Positions 10,201 through 18,356 of a stretch of 64,000 bases of DNA are shown piece after piece. A program made the translations under genes and the position numbers. Under the pieces are notes generated by a model, which was not told the origin of the DNA, made no database searches, and was given only the letters and a program-made list of their open reading frames with translations. Within the stretch, counting starts at the first letter, position 1, and each line of letters begins with the position of its first letter. Origin of the DNA: Candidatus Obscuribacterales bacterium (lineage in GTDB: Bacteria; Cyanobacteriota; Vampirovibrionia; Obscuribacterales; Obscuribacteraceae); contig CBDDIJ010000002.1 in assembly GCA_965228855.1 (NCBI GenBank), positions 320,001 to 384,000 of the forward strand, given 5' to 3'.

Positions 10201-12349
10201 ATTTGTTGATCTGACCATTAGCGTCTCTTTCGTAAGTCCGCTTCACGCCTTTAGCGTCAACAGTTTCAACAAGCTGGCCGGCCTTGTTCTCCAGTCGCGT
10301 GGCGCCTGACGGTTCGCGATAAAGCGTATTACCGTCAAGTTGTTTTGCGACCGCCGTTTCACCCTGAATCGTATTGTAAGTGCCATCCGGACTGACCCAA
10401 ACAGCTCCCTTCCATTTTTCGCCGGAGCTGGCAGTCCAGTTGTCTCCATCGCTGCTAGTCCAGACTTTGCCGTCCACAGCTTTGATTTTCGATAACTTTC
10501 CGTTTTCACCATACTCGTATTCGCGAGTCTGTCCGTCCACTGAAGTAGTCGAGACCACTCGCCCCTGAGCATCCATGGCAACTTTACTGTTGTCCGGATT
10601 TGTTACGGTGAAGCGCTTCGGCACTCCGCGCTCGTCGTATTCATAACTGGTTCTGGAACCGTCGGCGTTGTCGCCGCTAGCGAGTCGCCCGTTCTTGTCA
10701 AAACTGAGATTTCGTCCATCGGTGAGTGCAAGAGTACGATCGCCGGATGCAGTGTCGCGCATCTCGGCTGAACCGTCTGGGCGCACGTTGACGCTCATAG
10801 GTTTTGTTTCGCCACTGGTCTCATTACGCCAGTTGACACCGTCCGTGGTGCTTAGTTTTAGACCTTTGCTGTCGGAGAAACCGTTTACCTTGCCCTGCGC
10901 ATCATATTCGAACGCTCTCCAGTTGCCGCGAGCGTCTTCCACACGGGTGATTCGACCGTCGACAGCCGTGATGTTGGAGCCATCGCCTTTGAAAACCTTG
11001 ACCTTACCGTCTTCACCAACCTCGCGATAAATGCCGTCCGGCGTTACTTCACGCCGCCCCTTAAAAGTTTCGTTCTTCTCATTCGTCCAGCCGCCATTCT
11101 CATTCGCCCGCCAGGTGCCGGTCTTATCGGTCATTTTGCTCATGCGACCTTGAGCATCATACTCGAAGCTGCGCACATCACCTTTTGCATCCTTGACGGA
11201 GGTGATCTGACCAGCGTCGTTTCTCGTGACCACGGACCCGTTGTCGCTCTGGCGCTCTTCTCTGGTCTGACCGCCTTCTGTGATGCGCTGCCAGCCGTCG
11301 GTTTTCCTCGCAATCTCCTTGCCGGCAGCCCACTTCTCGTGAATCGTGCCATCCTGATCTACGGATATCTCGACGTTTATCGTCGTATTCTGATCCGACC
11401 TTTTCCAGGACTTCCCGTCCGAGGTTGTCCACTGAGAGCCGTCCGCGGCAGTCATGGCCTTCAGTTTGCCGTCCTCGCCGTATTCGAAACGACGTTCTGC
11501 ACCATTTTGGTCTTTAACGGCAGTGACGTGCCCGTCCTTATCGCGCGAAACGGTGGAGCCGTCCATCTTGAAATTGGTCGTCTCACCGCGGGCATTCTTA
11601 ACGGTTTGAGTCCCATCCTCTGCGACTGAAACCTCTCCCGATCTCGTCTGGTTCGAGCCCTGCTTATGCCAATTGGTGCCGTCAGGACTCTGCCAGACGG
11701 CGCCGTCGGGCTCGACAATACTTGCGAGTTTTCCGGTGGCATCATAGCCATAGCCACGGCGAGCTCCAGCACCATCTATGGTGGCAGTCACCCGGTGCTT
11801 ATCGTCGAACAAAACCTGAGAACCGTCGCTGTTCGTTTTCTGGCGCTCGCGTCCCTGTTCATCCAAGCTGCTGACGCTTCGATCTGCGTTGCGTCGCAAT
11901 TCACCGCCATTTTCCAGTTTGAACGAGTACGTGCCGTCCGGGCGAATTTCTACGTCTTTGACGGGAATCTGCTCGCCGCCTGGTTTGAGTGTGAAACTTT
12001 TACCGTCAGCGCTGCGTGTCCATTCTGTGCCATCGGCTTCTGCAATGCGAGAAACTTGACTCTGTGAATCTTTTTCGACTGTAACCGTGTATCCGTTTTC
12101 TCGAGTAAACGTCTCCGGCGCTGTCGCTGGTTTTGAACTTGAGTCGAGCTGGCTCAGAAGGTCACGATCCGAAGCTAAACCAGTCGGTATCTCAGCGGCA
12201 GGCGCGGTTGTTCGAGATGTCGAATCCATCGACGAAAGCGCTTCATCAACCATCGCCTTGCCGGCGGTAGTTTCAGGCGCGGCGTCAGGCTTGACGGCCT
12301 TTTCGGGCACGGTCGCGCTCGCATCGGTGGAGGGATTCGGGGGAGTCAC
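4229..12349 (-). CDS. giant YD-repeat / annexin-repeat / hydrophobic / PRTase-like / Cys-based phosphatase protein (2706 aa)
   Basis: YD-like repeats (FEYDAQGR, YEYDERG); annexin-like GAGTDEQTIYSTL and YGTDLSADLVSELSG; VVVYLDDYSFTG; HCYHGEDRTG near the C-terminus. Confidence 0.85.
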   Translation of the reverse strand: MTPPNPSTDASATVPEKAVKPDAAPETTAGKAMVDEALSSMDSTSRTTAPAAEIPTGLASDRDLLSQLDSSSKPATAPETFTRENGYTVTVEKDSQSQVSRIAEADGTEWTRSADGKSFTLKPGGEQIPVKDVEIRPDGTYSFKLENGGELRRNADRSVSSLDEQGRERQKTNSDGSQVLFDDKHRVTATIDGAGARRGYGYDATGKLASIVEPDGAVWQSPDGTNWHKQGSNQTRSGEVSVAEDGTQTVKNARGETTNFKMDGSTVSRDKDGHVTAVKDQNGAERRFEYGEDGKLKAMTAADGSQWTTSDGKSWKRSDQNTTINVEISVDQDGTIHEKWAAGKEIARKTDGWQRITEGGQTREERQSDNGSVVTRNDAGQITSVKDAKGDVRSFEYDAQGRMSKMTDKTGTWRANENGGWTNEKNETFKGRREVTPDGIYREVGEDGKVKVFKGDGSNITAVDGRITRVEDARGNWRAFEYDAQGKVNGFSDSKGLKLSTTDGVNWRNETSGETKPMSVNVRPDGSAEMRDTASGDRTLALTDGRNLSFDKNGRLASGDNADGSRTSYEYDERGVPKRFTVTNPDNSKVAMDAQGRVVSTTSVDGQTREYEYGENGKLSKIKAVDGKVWTSSDGDNWTASSGEKWKGAVWVSPDGTYNTIQGETAVAKQLDGNTLYREPSGATRLENKAGQLVETVDAKGVKRTYERDANGQINKFTEGNETWTTTDGTNWTNGKTNWQGRLSVQSDGTYFQQDAEGNRQWRKPDGSRQDVNHRSMEAAADTIEYAMNGGTGAGTDEQTIYSTLENKTFAERQMIKEIWNEKYGKKYGHTLEAEFKDEMEGSDLDKANALLHRPDGADNAGTIRVALTERGEWTGRSNSELEKVVRNTLETMSSTEIAQTDAEYRRRYGMSLRDAVMNNPHLSADTKAAADVYLKGHDKRTPQDTRTLADRAVTSGDPTMFQEAMRRAPKEVRDYFASPAGQDAMRNAFEGHWYHALTFGLSGNVTDTNLQHVRDYAEHGKLSVSTQVDDNRSWLGDNEEAIEHSLANMSDRERQLYTTGRALARNEQPAPQVDADERKQAMDYYTKTHGALERAAGQWYSGDSQVNELAKWEDMIANKGGGLVSRLSAHRGTVYDSSMHEVIGSIEDMSKEDWQQLRNDPMQVQRVEQVLKTYLSESELQRAMTRINAMKDAPTFEEAQQNRRPILETIADNRRWYNNDEAQMYKAVERMSDREQALYREGSNESTTNKEARDFYLKLNQELRDSLDSSEQKVAFGLLDQVKRGEKPQMSIMDKLNLHASHFDSDEAQVIRDIQEAFKNDPTLRERIIHPPDTEEGRKFARDFQDAARRAMGSYDYERYAKPLIETGSIPIERQMDLNRGVFDDDEQGSYRDIQNATGDERQRILQDQAFQDRVLGFLSQDERKVALASMQQGEMRPEDKLRSYQIGMGTSEQEIKDTFAQLTDRTALRQEGKSEAEIDEIVRSRVQRVQDEYARKYGTDLSADLVSELSGKDLRQVQRQSTVRDARGEFLYAQNDASISRSGIGSSFVDAAWDGTGYQLDNEINQLARTMVEDPAKIRDHVANVYKLVDMHADSKEGLANAVVDTTIAAVSVGGAFFTGGVSLSLLAYTGAGAALFKVGAKSAIMGGDYDWGSKAFLDAGTGFAEGFTAFLGAGVGKAAAEKVLAGAGKNLLREGAETTLKEGTEALLKQGLANGGKISDDAILSLAKQIAKDGDEKAVAALLKNSLAESVEEQSRTLLKQIVMSTPENTLAGMAGSGLSGTIQAGADARDVASFLRQATTSTAFGALGGSLGPILLAPGMVVAGKGWNALRTVASRERSPLQNIADQALQGVDAPVAHVTPDVPGHTPDVPGRTTEVPARTTDGPAQTADVPPQTTEVPPGTTDVAPQTTDVPSRDGITPPAERPATPLERPTTPDGQVEPHRQPARVEEEVKPTETEPRVEGDNVTDRNRPVTDAPVRAKDQPVDPARIREVSEQLAEIQNRPPIGRDQFLELLDKVPPQDRGLALELLEQSIPNLHRKALDGQLDKLQQQIGKLQEQGVRKITVVASEENSSGAALAYLLRTNTSMEVEIKVLNAQTIREGVSPSNPVLVLDDLASLSGAQSDFLRQLPKVYASDLNGFNSGLNTWELGVAKLTGSTETMQTRMAEMVEQAKRLKAENPNLTNEEAIQQVLRAPLDNAAKDFPNMEILRPELPARTQRTRNRSAENIYDQAISRPIYDASKNNFSMVSDKDVRSFLDNYRKPPEPGSTTGEKLTDAEKLAAATILRDTMKVNTYETMLQEMQNLNRRIQDALPPGKTMDDVVVLTRMEENGSSNLIHHLFGRTADLRSQNFVSAAEFQADPSKFKDKVVVYLDDYSFTGRQPEKLLMKPLAEGVGTTPRPLSEAIKESGAPVIVAHLGGYLPEQKLQSVFDFDAKFIYSHDGVLPQIFDSPALQQMGFTTDELNALVGNPGYVTKDPERNVDIAMLHPFRSHPTNNRSLVNDFTNRVLKEQGIRTPRVPGRRPQPVTEVSEGLYRAGATKSPEEFARMIEQTNADVVIDLRGGPGGRDELQSVADQAKWAADLAGKQVDVRNLGIPTEWPMRGTPNYNQLLDNLAEFERVVGQAQREGKNVLFHCYHGEDRTGLVNAFHDVVAGNKSIDEAMAQWKSLGTEKHPGFQTLFNRQQFEQLVNDYRARTVASR
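6590..6780 (-). repeat. intragenic 21-bp (7-aa) tandem repeat, Pro/Thr linker
   Basis: TPDVPGH/TPDVPGR/TTEVPAR/TTDGPAQ/TADVPPQ/TTEVPPG/TTDVAPQ/TTDVPSR. Confidence 0.7.
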
Positions 12350-12533
12350 TTCGATCTGTTTGTTCTAGTAAGTCGGACTGGACAAAAAGGCTTCCAAACT
12401 TCTGTATCCGAAAGGACCAAAAATTTCCCACCCGATTCATTAAAACTTTTGATTTGGAGAATCGGATCTGCATCTACTCGTAATGACATATATTCCCGAA
12501 AACCGCCAGGAGAAAACCTCCGGACGCGCATTG

Positions 12534-12850
12534 CTACTATATGCGGGCGTATCAGTATAATCGCGACGACGCAGTAAAGGACGGTTTTTTGGGCAAACGA
12601 CTTGCCGACCACTTATGGCTTTGTCTACGACTCGTTGACGCTTTCCCGGAAATCCGTCGCTCTCTCGTAGACGATGGGGAGAGCTGACTCAAAACAGCTT
12701 TTGTCTATGGTGGAATGACGGATTCAGCGAAATCCGGCATCCCGCGATAGACAAACAACGGAATTTGAAGAGATGCTTCTTTCAAGATACCTGCAATGTC
12801 CCACCCCCACTACGCTCCGGGTGAAAACTTTTCACTCCGGGATATAGTAG
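12534..12850. repeat. composite element: CTACTATA, two 50-bp palindromes (12623-12672, 12703-12752), TATAGTAG
   Basis: Inverted outer boxes 89 and 98 bp from the nearest palindrome. Confidence 0.85.
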
Positions 12851-12852
12851 AC

Positions 12853-12896
12853 AAAACTGGAGGAGGAGAGGCGAAGTGAATCGCCTCTCCGGTTTT
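12853..12896 (-). terminator. intrinsic terminator of the VWA/SBP operon
   Basis: GGAGAGGCGA/TCGCCTCTCC stem with flanking AAAAC/GTTTT. Confidence 0.6.
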
Positions 12897-12915
12897 CATG
12901 GCCCGCCGAGGTCCG

Positions 12916-14031
12916 TTACCGGCCGGCGAGCTTGTTGAGGATGCGGTCGAACACGTTCGGCGCCGGCATGTCCATCACCGAGGTGATGTCGTGCGCGATG
13001 CCGGTCATGCCCTGAAGCGCAGCCGGATCGCTCTTCACGCCAGCGATACCGGAGCGGAAGCCGTGAGCCTTCCAGGCGATCTCCTGAATCTCCGGATCCT
13101 TGAGAGCCTCAAGCAGACGCTTGCCGTTTGCCGTCCGCGCGATGAGCGGATGGCTGCTCCACACGGTCGGGTCCGGGTAGAGAACGCGACGGTCGTCCTT
13201 GAGGTTCTGCCGGTCGTTCGGGTTCTGCAGCCAGTACTCGACGAGCTGCGACTCGTAGCCGGCGACCATCGGCTTGGCACCGATACCGGTCGTCAGATAC
13301 TGCTGGAACAGGTCTTCCGAGCTCTGCTCCATGAATCCGAGACGCGCGAAGAAAGTCGCCAGCTCGGGCAGGATCTTCTCGATCGAGACATCGTCGGGCA
13401 CCTCGCCGTTGTTGATCGCACCGGCGAGTAGCGCGGCGAACATGGCGCCGGAGTTGCTGACGTTCGGATCGGTCGTGCGGATGCCGATCTTGCCGTTCAT
13501 ACCGGTCATGCCGATCGACGACCAGGTCGCACCATTCTTGATCAAATCAGCGAGCTTCTTGAAGTCGCTGACGTAATAAGAACCGCCCCGCTCGGTGACG
13601 ATGCCCTGCTTCTCGAGCGCCCTGGTGAGCTCGGACCAGGTGTAGATGACGAGCGGCGAGTTGAAGATGTTCGCCGAGGTCAGCATCAGCCCGTTGCGCT
13701 GCTTGTAGAGCGCGAGGGCGACCTGGTTGGACGGCCACAGGAAGTCGTCCTGCGGAGTCAGAATGAGGTCGCGAACCATCTCGATGGAACCGGCCTTGCG
13801 CGCGTCGAGTGTGATGCAGTAGCGATCGTTCAGAATCCGGATGACATCCGGGTCCTTGAGGAACGAGGACTTTTCACCGCCGAAATAACCGCGAACCGTG
13901 ATCGGAGTACAGGAAGGCTGACGGCTCAGCACACTCCCGGTGTCACCTCCGAAAAACTTGATGGCGAACACAGCCAATATGGCGAGGACAAGAAGTCCCA
14001 CGCCCAGTCCGATGCGGACAGTATTGTTCAT
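12916..14031 (-). CDS. membrane-anchored solute-binding-protein-like protein
   Basis: N-terminal TM helix; GGEKSSFL, IFNSPLVIYTW, TTDPNVSNSG, YESQLVE, PTVWSSHP motifs. Confidence 0.7.
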   Translation of the reverse strand: MNNTVRIGLGVGLLVLAILAVFAIKFFGGDTGSVLSRQPSCTPITVRGYFGGEKSSFLKDPDVIRILNDRYCITLDARKAGSIEMVRDLILTPQDDFLWPSNQVALALYKQRNGLMLTSANIFNSPLVIYTWSELTRALEKQGIVTERGGSYYVSDFKKLADLIKNGATWSSIGMTGMNGKIGIRTTDPNVSNSGAMFAALLAGAINNGEVPDDVSIEKILPELATFFARLGFMEQSSEDLFQQYLTTGIGAKPMVAGYESQLVEYWLQNPNDRQNLKDDRRVLYPDPTVWSSHPLIARTANGKRLLEALKDPEIQEIAWKAHGFRSGIAGVKSDPAALQGMTGIAHDITSVMDMPAPNVFDRILNKLAGR

Positions 14032-14639
14032 GATCCAGTCTCCTCAGATCGGGCTTCGATAATCGGGAAGCTGAGTTCGACCTCATTGCCGCCCATGACG
14101 AAAGCGATATCTTTGACATGCAGCCGCTGATAGAGCTTGTCGAGCGACCGCTCCATGCGAGGCAGAGTCTCGTTCTCCGCCTCCAGACGAATGGATTCGG
14201 GCAGCTCGATTCCGCGAGAGACGACGAGCGAGTAGCGCTTCAGCCAGCCCTCGATAGGTTCGAGATACGAAACCAGGAACGGTTGAGCGGCCTGAAACTT
14301 GTTCCAGTCCAGCTCGATCGCGTCGGCGATCTTCGTGGACATATCCACGATCCGGCCGACGATGTCGCGCTGCTTGCCGGCAGGGAGCGACTGAAGCATT
14401 TCCTGCATGCTCTTGATCTTCGCGCGCCCGGAAGCCATCGCTGCCTTCTCGGCAGGCGTCGCTTCCAGCTTCTTGCCCATCGGACCTCCAGGTGCCAACA
14501 GCAGCACTGCTGCGCAAACAGCGACAGCAGGCAGAGCACTCCAGAGCAGTCCCAGGTCAATCAGAAAAACACACGCGGCATACGTGGCGGCGGCAGCGAT
14601 GCCGGACGCCAAACCCACATTGCGGTCTAAGGCATTCAT
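14028..14639 (-). CDS. XpaC-like (5-bromo-4-chloroindolyl phosphate hydrolysis family) membrane protein
   Basis: Two N-terminal TM segments plus a helical domain with AQPFLVSYLEP...LKRY; lies between SBP and VWA genes. Confidence 0.55.
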   Translation of the reverse strand: MNALDRNVGLASGIAAAATYAACVFLIDLGLLWSALPAVAVCAAVLLLAPGGPMGKKLEATPAEKAAMASGRAKIKSMQEMLQSLPAGKQRDIVGRIVDMSTKIADAIELDWNKFQAAQPFLVSYLEPIEGWLKRYSLVVSRGIELPESIRLEAENETLPRMERSLDKLYQRLHVKDIAFVMGGNEVELSFPIIEARSEETGS

Positions 14640-14652
14640 GACCAGGTGCTCC

Positions 14653-16263
14653 TCAGTTGTAGCCCTTCGCCTTGCGGAAGGCGTCGATCAAATCCTTCTT
14701 GCCGTCGAAGACACGGCCCGACGAGAAGTTGGCGAGGTCGTTGAGCTGACCGGGGCTGGCGTTGCCGAACATGATGGAGTAAACCGGGATGCCGCCCAGA
14801 CCCAGGTTGGCGAACTCCTGCTTGACCGTGTCGATCGAGCCTGCCGACTGACCGTCGGTCATCAGGATGACGGCGGTCGAGTAGTTCTCCCACTTCAGGC
14901 CCTTGAGCTCCTGAACACCACGCACGATCGGCGCATAGATGTTCGTCTCGCCGCCGGCAGACTGGCTTTCCACCCAGGCGAGCAGCTCACGCAGCTTGTC
15001 GGGATTGTTGCCGACCAGCTTCTTCACGTCGCGCACCGAGCCATCGAACGGGATGACGATGGTGATGTCTTCCGGCGACGCCTGGAGCATGTACTTGGCG
15101 GAGAGGTCCTTGTCGAGCAGAACGCGCATGGCGCGCTCAAGCTGGTCTTCGCCGTCGCCCTGCATGCTGCCCGAGTAGTCGAGGGCGAAGATCGTGATGC
15201 TGGGCTTGCGGAAAGCGGTCTGGTAGAGCATCAGCGCTTCACGAACGACGTCCGCGGACGGCATCGTGATGGGCGTCAGCACGCGCGAGACGTCGAAGCC
15301 GAGCGACTTGTCGAAGACATGCGAGTCGGCATTGGCGACATTCACACCAAGACCGGTGCGGCGGCCGCCGGCGAGCAGCTGGCGCTGGATCGGCTCGGAC
15401 TTCAGGTAATCCTGCAGCTTCAGGAAAAGAGCTTCCTTGGCGGCATCACCCTTCGAGACATAGCCCAGCGGCGCGTCGGCGATCGTGAGACCGTCGACCG
15501 GATAGATGGCATAGAGCGGCTCCTGACCACGCGCGATCAGCGCCTGGTTGGTCTCGATGACAGTGGCCTCGTAGTTGACCATGGCATCGAAGTAGTCGTA
15601 CTGGTTCAGGAACAGGTCCTTGAGCCAGCCCGAGCTGCCGGAGGAGCGGTTGACCGTGCCGAGGATGCTCTTGATCTTGCTGCGCACCTCCGGCTTCTGC
15701 AGGTCCGCCGAGGTCAGCACATCCGGGTTGCCTGCGAAGGCGTACAGATAGCCGATATAGGCGGCGGTACCCGAGTTGCTCTGCGTGGCAGAGGTCATCA
15801 TGTACCGCAACTTGCCGGTCTTGGCGGCGTCCAGGATATCGGCGACCTTCACGTCCTTGCCGACCCAGCCGAGCCGCTCAGCGACCGACTTCTTCACGCC
15901 GATGACGACGGGACTGCGGTAGATGCTCTCCGCGTATTTGACCACGCGCTGCTTGTCGCCCAGCGAGATCCACATGCTGTGCGCCGGCATGACCGCGTCG
16001 TACTGCGTGCCCGTGCCCTTCTCGAGCTCGAGCATGATGTCGACGGAGCCTTTGTACGACACGTTGATCGTGACGTTGTTCTTCTGAGCGAAGTCCTTGA
16101 TGATGGGAGCAAGGCTGCTTTCGTTCTCGGAACCGGCGACGATGTTGAAAACTTGCGTGGGCTGCGACTGCTGATTCGCCGAATTGTTCGACTCGTCCTT
16201 GCATCCGGACAGAGCGAGAGCGGCGCCAGCGATCAAAGCCATGAAAATGGCTCTTACTTTCAT
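14653..16263 (-). CDS. lipoprotein with SBP-like domain and C-terminal VWA domain
   Basis: Lipobox LSGC; MIDAS DYSGSM, GGETNIY, ILMTDG; TSATQSNSG. Confidence 0.85.
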   Translation of the reverse strand: MKVRAIFMALIAGAALALSGCKDESNNSANQQSQPTQVFNIVAGSENESSLAPIIKDFAQKNNVTINVSYKGSVDIMLELEKGTGTQYDAVMPAHSMWISLGDKQRVVKYAESIYRSPVVIGVKKSVAERLGWVGKDVKVADILDAAKTGKLRYMMTSATQSNSGTAAYIGYLYAFAGNPDVLTSADLQKPEVRSKIKSILGTVNRSSGSSGWLKDLFLNQYDYFDAMVNYEATVIETNQALIARGQEPLYAIYPVDGLTIADAPLGYVSKGDAAKEALFLKLQDYLKSEPIQRQLLAGGRRTGLGVNVANADSHVFDKSLGFDVSRVLTPITMPSADVVREALMLYQTAFRKPSITIFALDYSGSMQGDGEDQLERAMRVLLDKDLSAKYMLQASPEDITIVIPFDGSVRDVKKLVGNNPDKLRELLAWVESQSAGGETNIYAPIVRGVQELKGLKWENYSTAVILMTDGQSAGSIDTVKQEFANLGLGGIPVYSIMFGNASPGQLNDLANFSSGRVFDGKKDLIDAFRKAKGYN

Positions 16264-16805
16264 TCGATTTTTCCCTTTACGTGAGTTGCGGGTTTATCTT
16301 CAGACTGTCGTTCGCAATCTCCCAACAGCCGAACTGACTCCACCTCGCGCTTGCAAGAGGAGTGATTTGTTCGATCGTTTGCTGTTTTGGGAAGAAGTGG
16401 TTTCAGTAACCAGAAGTTGAGAGATTGGCGATATCAAAAACTGTCATTGGAACACTGCCAAATACCCTCTATGTTCATGTGTATTACAGCTTTACATCTT
16501 CACCTAAGTTAATTAGATCCGCGAAATAATGGGGCAAAACAGCCATTGACAACGGGTTCTACGATCTCGCTAAAAGCGGCGATCAAAAGACATGTGCCAT
16601 CGCTAATCAATTCCACGAGGTCGCGCACATAGCGCTACCCTCTTCTGAAGCGGTACTCATTATCCGTTTCAGCCAGAATTGAAACAGCTCGAAGCGGCGA
16701 TTGTTTTGCATCGAGTTGAGAAGTCGCCACTAAATTCGGTATCACTTCAAAATGAAATTCACCTATTCAGGCGCTTTCAAATTTTCTTGAGAAACCATTC
16801 GGCCT

Positions 16806-16855
16806 GTCAAAGAGCCAGCGATGGAACTCGCAAAATCCGTCGCTCTGGGTTTGAC
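16806..16855. repeat. 50-bp palindrome, GTCAA subtype
   Basis: GTCAAA-GAGCCAG-CGATGGA-ACTCGCAAAA-TCCGTCG-CTCTGGG-TTTGAC in the divergent intergenic region. Confidence 0.75.
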
Positions 16856-17238
16856 ACGGAAGGCGTCTAGATTCCGAGGCTACTTCCTGCACTCTAAACT
16901 ATCAGGCAAGGTTACTCGCCAAGCTGCGCTAAATTGGAAGCGCGGAACTCACCACACTGCTTGACTTCCAAACTTTTGAGCGCACTGCGGCATTAAGCTG
17001 GACGACAGCAGAGATGCCAGGTAGCTCGTTGCGCGTTTATTTATTTAGAAGACGTTGAACCGGTCTTGATATGAGATCTAGTGTGAGCGTGCTTTTTATT
17101 TCCGTCTCCAACCCAGAACAAAAACCTTTCCTCAACTACCCAGCTAAATTACAGCTCTTCTTGTTTGCCACACCGCAAGCAGGAGTTCATCTAGGTCTTG
17201 GAAACAGCTACTCAGTAGCGCCTCAGGAGATACAGTCA

Positions 17239-17985
17239 ATGAGCCTACTCCAACTTCCGGGTCGAATCTGGCACACGGCGTCGTTCGCATTCATGCGGCA
17301 CGTCATGTGGGCGATTCGACCTCCGACTTACATCGTTTTGCTTGGTGGTCCGGGCGCAGGCAAAGGCACGCTTGCAGCAGAGCTCGCTCCGGCCCTCAAT
17401 CTCACTCATCTCTCGACCGGCAACCTCTTCCGGCGCGAAATCGCTCAGGGCACCGCTCTCGGCAAAGTGATCGAACCGATCATGAATGCCGGCGGTCTCG
17501 TTCCTGACGAAATCACTCTGGCAGTGATGGCGGAAGAACTGAGCCGCAAACGCAACTGGCGCGGCGCAGTGATCGACGGTTTCCCTCGCACCGATGCGCA
17601 GGCGAGACTGCTCGACAATCTCCTCGGTGACTGGTCGCAGCGCGTGAAGTTCGCGTTCTTCCTTGACGCTTCGAAGGAGGACCTCGAAGTTCGTCTCTCC
17701 GGTCGCCGGATGTGCTCGAACAGGGAGTGCAATCGCACCTACCACGTCGTTTTCAGCAAGCCGCAGAAAGACGGCGTCTGCGACAAGTGCAATCATCCGC
17801 TCATTCAGCGCGATGACGACAAGCCGGAAGTGGTGGCACAGCGGATCGACAAGTTCAACGCAACGAACGGTCCGATCCTCAACCACTACCAGCTCAGTCG
17901 CTGCCTCCGGCGCATCAAGACAACCAACACGGATCCGAAGGGTCACGTATTCCGCGTGGTCATGGACACTCTCGCCGCAGCCTGA
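17239..17985 (+). CDS. adk: adenylate kinase with zinc LID
   Basis: GGPGAGKGT, HLSTGNLFR, GGLVPDEI, IDGFPRT, LID cysteines, QRDDDKPE; AGGAG before ATG 17239. Confidence 0.9.
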   Translation: MSLLQLPGRIWHTASFAFMRHVMWAIRPPTYIVLLGGPGAGKGTLAAELAPALNLTHLSTGNLFRREIAQGTALGKVIEPIMNAGGLVPDEITLAVMAEELSRKRNWRGAVIDGFPRTDAQARLLDNLLGDWSQRVKFAFFLDASKEDLEVRLSGRRMCSNRECNRTYHVVFSKPQKDGVCDKCNHPLIQRDDDKPEVVAQRIDKFNATNGPILNHYQLSRCLRRIKTTNTDPKGHVFRVVMDTLAAA

Positions 17986-18003
17986 GCAACTCACTTGATT
18001 CAA

Positions 18004-18044
18004 ATGAGGGAACCGTTACCCTGACCGGGTTTCGGTTCTCTCAT
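18004..18044 (+). terminator. hairpin after adk
   Basis: ATGAGGGAACCG...CGGTTCTCTCAT. Confidence 0.55.
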
Positions 18045-18056
18045 CTTCACGACCAT

Positions 18057-18300
18057 CTACTATATCATTTCGTTTCTAGTCAGCAGAAAACGACGACAGG
18101 AGCGGGTTCGAGAGCAACCTGCATTGTTCAGTCCGCCAGCCAACCCCGTTTGGCTACGAGAGAGCGCCGGAATTTTCGAATTCCGTCATAGCCAGATAGC
18201 CAAACTCGCTTTTTCTTGCCCGCCTTGAGGGACCGCTTCCTCCAAAAGCAGCACCAGGGCTTCTTTTTCCGCCTTAGCAATCTACCCTTCCATCTAGTAG
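18057..18300. repeat. composite element: CTACTATA, palindrome (18152-18201), TCTAGTAG
   Basis: Boxes 95 and 99 bp from the palindrome; core and right arm homologous to 28185-28339. Confidence 0.85.
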
Positions 18301-18356
18301 ACACGAAACAGCCACGAAAAGCGCTAAAATAGCTTTATTCGCAACGGACGGGGACA

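Noticed and set aside
14407..16284. Long antisense ORFs (also 17245-18003, 25068-26462, 30759-32459, 35235-36806, 42562-44235, 46758-48236)
   Set aside because: They shadow motif-bearing genes on the opposite strand, have no recognisable motifs, and are expected when TTA/CTA/TCA codons are avoided.
16540..16600. Additional palindrome copy
   Set aside because: Only a TCGCTAAAAGCGGCG fragment matches; the outer boxes are not at the fixed spacing.
18057..18300. Classical MITE call
   Set aside because: Inverted ends are only ~8 bp, no target-site duplication was seen, and most arms are unrelated between copies; kept as an unexplained composite element.
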